The notes beneath the pieces are model-generated. The model was not told the DNA's origin and searched no databases. It was given only the letters and a program-made list of their open reading frames with translations. Of a stretch of DNA of 13,654 bases, positions 1 to 6,820 are shown one piece after another. The stretch comes from Myxococcota bacterium (GTDB taxonomy: Bacteria; Myxococcota; JACRCW01). The stretch lies in contig JBFMGU010000279.1 in the NCBI GenBank assembly GCA_040752415.1, positions 1 through 13,654 of the forward strand, written 5' to 3'. Made by a program: the position numbers and the translations under genes. Position 1 is the stretch's first letter; every line of letters begins with the position of its first letter.

Positions 1-2912
1 CCATCATCCCCGCCTCCCCCGCCGGTGCTGCTGGATGTCGGCGTACTCCCAGACGAGGCATTGGCCGCGCCGGAGGATCCCGTCGAGGATCCGCACGAGG
101 AAGTGGAGGTGGGCCCCGCCGAGGTGGGTGCGCCCGACGAGGAAGACGAGGACGACGAGACCGCGGCCGAGGACGACGTGGAGGCAGCGGACGAAGCCAC
201 CGCGGCTGACGATGCGCCCGCGCTGGCGGAGGTGGCGACGGATGACGAGGTGGAAGAAGTGCTGGACGCCGCGGCGGAGGATGACGAGACGGTGCTGGTG
301 CTGCTGAGCGTGCCTGAGAACGACGAGCAGGCGCAGGACGCCGTGGTGCTCAAGGAGCTGGCCGACGACGAAGACGAGGACGACGACGCGAGCGAGGAGG
401 ACGACGCCGGAGAATCACGCGTGGAGTTGGGCGCGCCCGGCGTGCCTCCCGCAATGAACGAGGATTGCCAGCTGCCCGGGAGTGCCGGGTCCAGCTCCGG
501 GTTCACCAGCTCCAACGACGCTCCGCTGCCAGCGGCGCTCAGCGGCCAAGGCGAGGTGGTGCCATAGGCGACCTGGTCAATCACGTTGCCCATGGCCGTG
601 AGCAACTCCACCTTCTCGCCGTCATTGGCCAACTGCCCGTCGAACACGCCGTGCGGCACGAACCCGTAGGCCTGCTGGAAGGCGTCGGCGTTGGCAGCGA
701 GGACCAGGTATCCACCGCCGGGGAGCGAGGTACCCGCGGGAAAGACATACGAAATGCCACGGCTGAACGACGCCGCGTCCAGGCGGAACGCGCGACTTCC
801 CTTGTTGTGCAGCTCGACAAACTCCAGCGCCCTAGGGTCCACGCCTGGCCCCGCAACCGGCGCGTAGTGCAGCTCATTGATGACCACCTGCGACTCATCC
901 TGCGGTGGGAAATACGTGGCCCGCGCCAGGGGACTCCAATCATCGCCGTCACGCACGCGCGCCGACAACACGGTGAGCTGGTGGACCATCAGCGTCTCAT
1001 GATCATCCGCCCACAACGCGGTAGGTGCCACGCGCCCCGAGGGGTCCCGCGGATCGGCCCCGTCGAGGGTGTAGACCAGCTCGCCGTCGTTGTTGGGGTT
1101 CTCCAGCTCCACGGAGAAGTCGTGCGGGACGGCACCACCGAGGTGCGAGAACGTCGGCGCAAGCAAGCCCGGCGTGTACCAGCCGTGCTCGGAGTACTGC
1201 TCCAGGAACTCCCCGGTGCGCTCGGGGCAGTACTCGGTCAGTTTCTCGTCGCGGACGGGCACCCAGAAATCGTCACGCGTGTAGAGGAACGCGGGGAGCG
1301 ACTGATCCGCGCGGGATGCCAGGTGGTAGACGTCCCGTGCGTAGTCGCCCCAGCGCGCGGACTCCGCAATGACCGCCTGGTCCACGATGTCCGTGAGCGC
1401 GCGGTAGAGCTGATCACACCAGCCTCCCGTCAGCGCGCCCGTCCCCGAGGTGTGGAGGACCACGCGCTCATTGACGAGCTCCCGGAATGCCGGATGGGTC
1501 ACCAACCGCAGGAACAGTCGCGCGGGTGAGCCGGGTTCGTCCCAGTCGGTGATGTCGCGGTCACTGTCGCGCAGGCCGCTGTCATTGTCCCAGGGAATGA
1601 ACTTGAAGCGGGTATCCGCACCCTCACGCGAGCGGTACGCGTACCAGTTGTGGTTGGGCCAGTCGGAGTTCCCCACGTGATGTGTGAGGATGATGTAGTC
1701 CGCCAGGTTCACCAGGTCCGCGCGCTCCACAACCTCGTCGTAGACGGCGTCGGAGATGGGGCCTTCCACCAGCGCGTGCAGCTCATTCCAGGCGTCAATG
1801 CTGCCCAGTGCGGCGGTGGGCGCGTAGGAGGGCTCGGCGTCCTCGTCGGGGAGGATGAGGTCGTAGTCGTCTTCTTCACCACCGAGGTAGTTGGTGAGGA
1901 ACTCGCCATCCACGCGCTCACACAGGTTGTAGAGGCCCCAGTACAGGCCGTTCAGGTAGAGGTGGACGAACACGCCTCCGTGCGGCGCCAGGTGTCCCAT
2001 CCGACGGAACGCGGCCCGTGCGAACTCGTCGTTCACGTAATCCGCGTCGGCGCGCTGGCCGCTGGAGAAATACGGCCAGGAGCGGTTGCCGCCATTGCGG
2101 AGCAGCAGGATGTCGAACTTCCGCGCAGCGCCGCGGTTGGCCAGCTCCGGCGCCGACGCTGCGAAGACCGGGAACTCCAGTTTGGTGGGACCGTAGTCGC
2201 CGCGGAAATAGAGGCGGATGGACTTCTTGGGCGACCGGTACGGCTGACGACTTCCCTGTCCATGCACGCGCGCGCCGGCATTCAGTCCGAAGAACTCGTT
2301 CCGGTTGGGATCCAGCCACTCCATGGAGACCGGGCGCTCCCACTCCTCTCCCTTTTCCGTGGCGTTGTAATAGATGCCGCGCTCCTCGCCGAAGAGGTTG
2401 TCCGCGTCCGTCACCAACGAGATCGTGGGAATGCTGCGCAGCGCCCCGGGAAGCGCGTCACCGTATTCACGGCTGGCCACCACTTCGGGGTCCATGCCGT
2501 AATCCGCGGGGTACGGGCCGTCCTCGTCGGTCTCCGCGAATTGCGCGGGATAATCCGGCGGGTTCTCCGGCTGGCGAATGACGTCGGCGACGAAGATGTA
2601 CGTGTGCGTGACCACCTCCGACTCGCCATCCGGAGTCACGGTGACCGCGCGCAGCGCAGTGGTGCTGCTGATCGTGATGGGGCCGCTGTAGACCTCGCCA
2701 TCATTCTCGTCGGGCTCGGAGCCGTCGGTGGTGTAGCGGATGAGCGCGCCGGGCTCGTTGGTGGTGAGGGTGACCGCCAAGGGAGCGTCGTGGAATCCGC
2801 GCTGCACGCTGAACGTGGGTGGCTCAGGCTCTTCCGGCGCGGAGGTGGCCCCGGAAAGCAACAACACGCTGCCCAGAAGCATCCAGGGCGTCGGGAACTT
2901 CCGAGAAAACAT
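1..2912 (-). CDS. Secreted CotH-family kinase protein, 3' end truncated by the window edge: signal peptide, CHB_HEX_C/Fn3-associated domain, CotH kinase, second CHB_HEX_C-like domain, lamin-tail domain (LTD), Ser-rich stalk
   Basis: Not in the ORF track because its stop lies outside the window; translated by hand. ATG 2912 (in-frame alternatives 2924, 2882) has GAGGG 5 nt upstream. It begins MFSRKFPTPWMLLGSVLLLSGATSA (signal-peptide-like), then PTFSVQRGFHDAPLAVTLTTNEPGALIRYTTDGSEP (CHB_HEX_C/Fn3_assoc). CotH motifs: RMHGQGSR..PKKSIRLYF, HLYLNGLYWGLYNLCER, GNSDWPNHNWY, FIPWDND. Second module: LVYTLDGADP. LTD: VVINELHY..EFVELHN..LANDGEKVEL..ASLEL..GGTPGAPNS. Poly-Ser region ends ...STGGGGGDDG at base 1. 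The reading frame is the same at both ends (about 970 codons). Confidence 0.9.
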   Translation of the reverse strand, partial: MFSRKFPTPWMLLGSVLLLSGATSAPEEPEPPTFSVQRGFHDAPLAVTLTTNEPGALIRYTTDGSEPDENDGEVYSGPITISSTTALRAVTVTPDGESEVVTHTYIFVADVIRQPENPPDYPAQFAETDEDGPYPADYGMDPEVVASREYGDALPGALRSIPTISLVTDADNLFGEERGIYYNATEKGEEWERPVSMEWLDPNRNEFFGLNAGARVHGQGSRQPYRSPKKSIRLYFRGDYGPTKLEFPVFAASAPELANRGAARKFDILLLRNGGNRSWPYFSSGQRADADYVNDEFARAAFRRMGHLAPHGGVFVHLYLNGLYWGLYNLCERVDGEFLTNYLGGEEDDYDLILPDEDAEPSYAPTAALGSIDAWNELHALVEGPISDAVYDEVVERADLVNLADYIILTHHVGNSDWPNHNWYAYRSREGADTRFKFIPWDNDSGLRDSDRDITDWDEPGSPARLFLRLVTHPAFRELVNERVVLHTSGTGALTGGWCDQLYRALTDIVDQAVIAESARWGDYARDVYHLASRADQSLPAFLYTRDDFWVPVRDEKLTEYCPERTGEFLEQYSEHGWYTPGLLAPTFSHLGGAVPHDFSVELENPNNDGELVYTLDGADPRDPSGRVAPTALWADDHETLMVHQLTVLSARVRDGDDWSPLARATYFPPQDESQVVINELHYAPVAGPGVDPRALEFVELHNKGSRAFRLDAASFSRGISYVFPAGTSLPGGGYLVLAANADAFQQAYGFVPHGVFDGQLANDGEKVELLTAMGNVIDQVAYGTTSPWPLSAAGSGASLELVNPELDPALPGSWQSSFIAGGTPGAPNSTRDSPASSSSLASSSSSSSSASSLSTTASCACSSFSGTLSSTSTVSSSSAAASSTSSTSSSVATSASAGASSAAVASSAASTSSSAAVSSSSSSSSGAPTSAGPTSTSSCGSSTGSSGAANASSGSTPTSSSTGGGGGDD
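3..415 (-). repeat. Low-complexity Ser/Thr/Ala/Gly-rich coding tract (stalk) of the CotH protein
   Basis: The plus strand is rich in gacgacga/gacgag, the reverse complement of TCG/TCC Ser codon runs. It translates as SSSSLASSSSSSSASSLSTT...SSSTGGGGG. Confidence 0.8.
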
Positions 2913-3139
2913 GACGACCCTCATCCAGGAAATCGTGAAGGACACCCCAGCAACACCCAATCGCCTTTTTAGCGACGCACGGTGGGCATCGCCGCGCAGT
3001 GACGGCATCACGACTTGCGGCGGGCCAGGCGCTTCACGGTGCGGCTTGCGCGGATCCGTGCGGACTGGGCGCAACCGACGTCCGCGACACCCGGATCACC
3101 CGCGGGATGCCATGGCCGCGACGGCCGGGCGTCAGCGAA

Positions 3140-5890
3140 TCACAGCCCCCCGCTCAACGTCATGTAGATGCCCGCCTGGGACGCCACGTACACCACCGTG
3201 GGGTCCTGCGGGTGGAGGCCAATGGCGCTGATGGTGGCCCGTGGCGCGTCGACTTCCTGGAACGTTGCGCCGTCGTCGTCGCTGACCAGCAGTCCGTTCC
3301 CGGTTCCAACCCACACCCTGCCCGAGCCCACCGCCAGCGAGACCGCTTCGACACCCGTGAGCGCGGTGGGAAGCCAAGCGGCGCCGTTGTCCGTGGTGAC
3401 GTACACCCCGTCGGAGCACGCTGCGTAGATGGCGCCGGTGGCCGACGTATCCCTGGCAAGCTTGAAGCACTCCGCGGCGGTGATTCCGGTGGCGCGCGAT
3501 TCCCAGTTGGCGCCAGCGTCGTTGGTGTAGCGCACCACGTCCGTGTCGTCGTTCGTCAACGCCAGCGCGGTGGTGGGACCGTGCTGCACGATCACCAGGT
3601 CCTGGATGGAGAAGTTGTTTGCGCCCAGCTGCGTCCAGTCCTGTCCCGCGTTGGCCGTGACCCACAGCGCCGACGTGGTGGAGCTGGTTCCCGCCCAGAT
3701 CGTGGCGGGCTCGCTGGGGTGGGAAGCGAAGACGGTGACGTGTTCCGCGGTCAACGAGAGCACCTGGCTCCACGTCTGTCCGTCATTCTGCGACGTGTAG
3801 AGGCGCGTCTGGGTTCCGCTCAGCCAGCGATTGTCCGGCGCCAGCAACAGCGCATGCGTGTCCGACGGAGAAGGAAGACCCGAGGACGAGGCCCACGTCA
3901 GGCCGCGGTCCGTGGTTCGCAGCACCGCCGCGGAGTCCATGCCCACGAGCACCAGGTCGGGTTGCGCGGGGTTGAACGCAATGGAATTCACCTGGCCCGT
4001 CAGGTTCGCCGACGAGAGCTGGGTCCACGCGACGCTCCCGCTGAACAGCGTGGGACGGAAATCACCGGTGCCGTAGAGCTCTCCGTTGCCGTGCGGGTCC
4101 ACCACGACCCTGCCGCGCACCTCGCTGCGGACCAGTTGGAATGTCAGGGGCTGGGCGCGATCCGCGACGTAGATGCCCCCACTGGTGACCACGAGCAGCA
4201 GACCGGAGGTCACGGCCAGGTCCCGGAGACCGTTGTTGGAGACGCCGTCGACGTGCGACCACGTGCCCCCGCTGTAGCGGAACAGGTCGGAGCTGTTGAT
4301 GGCGAAGAGCGTGGCGGCGTCCAGCGGGTCCGGCTTCACCGCCAGCACCACGGCGCGGGTACCGGGGTTGGTCACGACGTCCGGCCCCAGCGTGGAGGTC
4401 CACGTGTCGGCGTTGTCGGTACTGACGTAGACGCCCAGGTTGGTGCCGGCAATGAGGGTATTGTCCGCGCGGGTCAGGGCCAGCACGTCGACGTTGGCGG
4501 GAAGGCCCACGTTCTTCGGCGACACGGAATCGCCTCCGTCGGTGGACGCATACATGCCGCTGACCGTTCCCACCCAGAGGATGCCGCCCGGTCCTGCCAG
4601 CAGGGATGTCATGGGTACCGCGGGCGACGGAATGGCGGCGGTGGTGGCGCTCCACGTGGCCCCGCGGTCGCGCGACCTGTAGATGACGTCCGCCGACGCG
4701 GCGTAGAGCAGGTCAGGGTCGTCGGGCGCGCGCGCCAGGCCAATCAGCGGGACGTCTTCCGCGCCGCCGTTGGCAATGCTCGACCACGTTGTTCCCCGGT
4801 CATCCGTCTGGAAGATGCCACCGGGCACGCGGGTCAGCATGAGCAGGCGGTCCGGAACGTCAGGATCGGTGTCGACGGAAATCACGCTGCCGAGGATCTC
4901 GCCGATCGCCGGGAAGAAACCACCCACCACGTCCACCCCTGGCAGGTCCACGGCGGGCAGCGGGGGCGAGGAGACCCTCAGGCGATATCCCAGTCCGCCC
5001 GCGCTGATCACCACGTTGTCGAACGTTGCGACGCCACCTTGCGCGAGACGAACGACGTCACCGGACAGCACTGCGCCGTTGGCGTTGCGAACCATGGATA
5101 GCGTGACGCTGGCGGCAACATGGACCCGCACACCCTGGTCGTCGCGAAGCTCGACGGTGAAGGTCGGCAACGGCTGCCCCGCGGTACCCAGCGTGGGCGC
5201 CGAGTCCACAACCAGCTGCGTGGCGGCCCCCGTGACGTCGAACGACACGCTGCTGACGGGATCCAGACCCGCCGCCTCCGCCACGAGCACGTGGCCCTGA
5301 CCGCGCACCACGGGGCGGAGGTCGTCAAACGAGGCCTGGCCGTTCATCGCGTTTCGTTGCGTGGTTCCCTCCAGGGCGCTTCCGTCGTCCAGCCGCACCG
5401 TGATGGCGTCGGAACGTTCCTGCAGCGGCACCCCGTTGGCGTCCTGGATTTCCACGACGGGAGCTGGAGTGATCGCCTCGCCGAGGACGACGCTGCTGGG
5501 TTGCTGCAGGAACACGAGCCGCGCCTGGCCGCCGGTGGACGAGCTGCTCGCACTGCTGGAAGTGGAGCCGACGGACGAGGACGTCGACGAGCTCGTGGCG
5601 GTGCCGCTGCTGGAGGTCGCTGAGCTGGAGGAAGTGGAAGAGGTGGTGACGCCGCTGCTCGCTCCGGACGACGAGGAGGATGACGACGAAGACGACGATG
5701 ACGAGGCGGACGACGTCGACGCAGCGCTGCTGGCCCCCGACGAGCTGCTGGGCGCCGGCGGGGTGGCGCACACCTCGTCCTGACAGGTCTGGCTCTCCGG
5801 GCAATCGTCGTCGGAGGCGCAAGGGAGCTCACACCCGGCCGCCAGCGCCAGGACCATGAACCCGACGAGGGAAGTGTCACGCGCGCGCAA
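3140..5890 (-). CDS. Lipoprotein: Cys-rich N-terminal module, Ser-rich linker, two Ig-like domains and an Asp-box (BNR) beta-propeller region (Ycf48/VPS10/GH74-like fold, function unknown)
   Basis: 916-aa ORF with TTG start. Lipobox LAAG-C (Cys20), then CELPCASDDDCPESQTCQDEVC and about 70 aa of poly-Ser. Two related domains follow (LVFLQQPSS..PVVEIQDANG..GQASFDDL and LVVDSAPT..FTVELRDDQG..GVATFDNV). Ten Asp-box-like motifs: TDDRGTTW, SRDRGATW, STDGGDSV, STDNADTW, TTDRGLTW, SQNDGQTW, TANAGQDW, TNDAGANW, TTDNGAAW, SDDDGATF. Confidence 0.85.
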   Translation of the reverse strand: MRARDTSLVGFMVLALAAGCELPCASDDDCPESQTCQDEVCATPPAPSSSSGASSAASTSSASSSSSSSSSSSSSGASSGVTTSSTSSSSATSSSGTATSSSTSSSVGSTSSSASSSSTGGQARLVFLQQPSSVVLGEAITPAPVVEIQDANGVPLQERSDAITVRLDDGSALEGTTQRNAMNGQASFDDLRPVVRGQGHVLVAEAAGLDPVSSVSFDVTGAATQLVVDSAPTLGTAGQPLPTFTVELRDDQGVRVHVAASVTLSMVRNANGAVLSGDVVRLAQGGVATFDNVVISAGGLGYRLRVSSPPLPAVDLPGVDVVGGFFPAIGEILGSVISVDTDPDVPDRLLMLTRVPGGIFQTDDRGTTWSSIANGGAEDVPLIGLARAPDDPDLLYAASADVIYRSRDRGATWSATTAAIPSPAVPMTSLLAGPGGILWVGTVSGMYASTDGGDSVSPKNVGLPANVDVLALTRADNTLIAGTNLGVYVSTDNADTWTSTLGPDVVTNPGTRAVVLAVKPDPLDAATLFAINSSDLFRYSGGTWSHVDGVSNNGLRDLAVTSGLLLVVTSGGIYVADRAQPLTFQLVRSEVRGRVVVDPHGNGELYGTGDFRPTLFSGSVAWTQLSSANLTGQVNSIAFNPAQPDLVLVGMDSAAVLRTTDRGLTWASSSGLPSPSDTHALLLAPDNRWLSGTQTRLYTSQNDGQTWSQVLSLTAEHVTVFASHPSEPATIWAGTSSTTSALWVTANAGQDWTQLGANNFSIQDLVIVQHGPTTALALTNDDTDVVRYTNDAGANWESRATGITAAECFKLARDTSATGAIYAACSDGVYVTTDNGAAWLPTALTGVEAVSLAVGSGRVWVGTGNGLLVSDDDGATFQEVDAPRATISAIGLHPQDPTVVYVASQAGIYMTLSGGL
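5535..5750 (-). repeat. Ser-rich low-complexity linker of the lipoprotein
   Basis: Translates as SSSSGASSAASTSSASSSSSSSSSSSSGASSGVTTSSTSSSS...SSSSTGG. Confidence 0.8.
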
Positions 5891-6689
5891 GGGCCATCAC
5901 CATCAGCACCGTGGCTGCGAGCGCCGCGCTCCCCACGACGACGGACGTTGCCGCCAGTCCCGCGAGGCCCGCGGGCATGGAGTAGAGCGCCACCAGCCGC
6001 GGAGTGCGCGTCAGCATGGGGGTCTGCAACATGGCCAGGACGGCGGGCGTCCGAATCAGCATCAACACGCCAAACGACGCGGCCGTGAGCGCCAGGCCCG
6101 CGACGAACGAGGCCAACGCCAGCGCCGTGGTCACGGTGGTGCCACCGAGGAGCACCGGCTTGAGCGTCGTTCCCTCCGCATCCTGGGGCGGTGGCGCCGA
6201 AGCCTCCAGGAACCTGGCGCGCACCAGCAGGCTCCGCACCGCGCCGGGCAGCACCTTGATGAGGGCCTCCTCTCCCTGCCCGGTCACCCGCTCCGAGACC
6301 GCCGCCGCTTCCAGGGCCGTCTTCACGTCAATGAGCCGGAGCTGGAGGAAGGAGGTGTTGCCTACGCGCGCCGCGCTCCCGACCATGAGATGCGTCACGC
6401 CCAGCGCACCAACCATGTCGGAATCCACCATGGCGCACTCGTCGGAGACGCACTTGAGGAGTTGTTGCTGCTCCACCGTTCCAATCAGCGTGGCAATCTC
6501 CGCCGGGCCCACCACCCGGAGAAACGCCCCCGAGCCGCGCAGCTCGAAGATGGCGTCGTTGGTGAGGACCTCCGTGGTCGACGGGAGGACGGGTTCCTTG
6601 GCACTGAAGGGAAACACGGCCACGGAACGGTGCGTGTCCGTTGGAACGGCCCCCGCGAGCACCGCGAGCAGCAAGGCAGCAACACCCAT
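5877..6689 (-). CDS. Exported or membrane protein with a CsgG/TolB-N-terminal-like alpha/beta domain and C-terminal hydrophobic helices
   Basis: 270 aa. Signal-like N-terminus MGVAALLLAVLAGA. The segment VAVFPF..RVVGPAEIATLI..QQQLLKCVSDEC..VGALGVTHLMVGSAARVGNTSFLQLRLIDVKT resembles the TolB-N/CsgG-like domain with a CxxxxC pair seen in myxobacterial hypothetical proteins. Two long hydrophobic segments lie at the C-terminus. Overlaps the downstream lipoprotein start by 14 nt. Confidence 0.7.
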   Translation of the reverse strand: MGVAALLLAVLAGAVPTDTHRSVAVFPFSAKEPVLPSTTEVLTNDAIFELRGSGAFLRVVGPAEIATLIGTVEQQQLLKCVSDECAMVDSDMVGALGVTHLMVGSAARVGNTSFLQLRLIDVKTALEAAAVSERVTGQGEEALIKVLPGAVRSLLVRARFLEASAPPPQDAEGTTLKPVLLGGTTVTTALALASFVAGLALTAASFGVLMLIRTPAVLAMLQTPMLTRTPRLVALYSMPAGLAGLAATSVVVGSAALAATVLMVMALARA

Positions 6690-6697
6690 GCAGGTTG

Positions 6698-6726
6698 ATT
6701 ATCAGACCGGGGCGGTGCGCGTTCAA
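6698..6726 (-). promoter_or_regulatory. Sigma70-type promoter TTGAAC-N17-GATAAT for the 270-aa gene
   Basis: Minus strand reads TTGAAC gcgcaccgccccggtct GATAAT caacctgc ATG. The hexamers match consensus at 4/6 and 5/6 with a 17-nt spacer, in an AT-richer patch of GC-rich DNA. Confidence 0.6.
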
Positions 6727-6820
6727 TTCCTCACACGTCGGGCTGGAACGGAACCTGAGGGGTGGCGGGCCTGGCGCCAGTCATGACGTCGGATTCTGCC
6801 GGCAACCCGGGGCAGTGATG

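Noticed and set aside
60..415. gacgacgag-type repeats as a possible CRISPR or tandem array
   Set aside because: No constant repeat-spacer periodicity; fully explained by poly-Ser coding.
25..2972. Plus-strand ORFs 25-567, 465-1529 and 1650-2972
   Set aside because: Antisense shadows of the CotH gene. The acidic 180-aa product is just the reverse reading of Ser codons.
2913..3139. Possible ncRNA or terminator in the gap between the lipoprotein and CotH genes
   Set aside because: Only short GC-rich stems were found, with no convincing stem plus U-tract on the minus strand and no recognisable RNA family.
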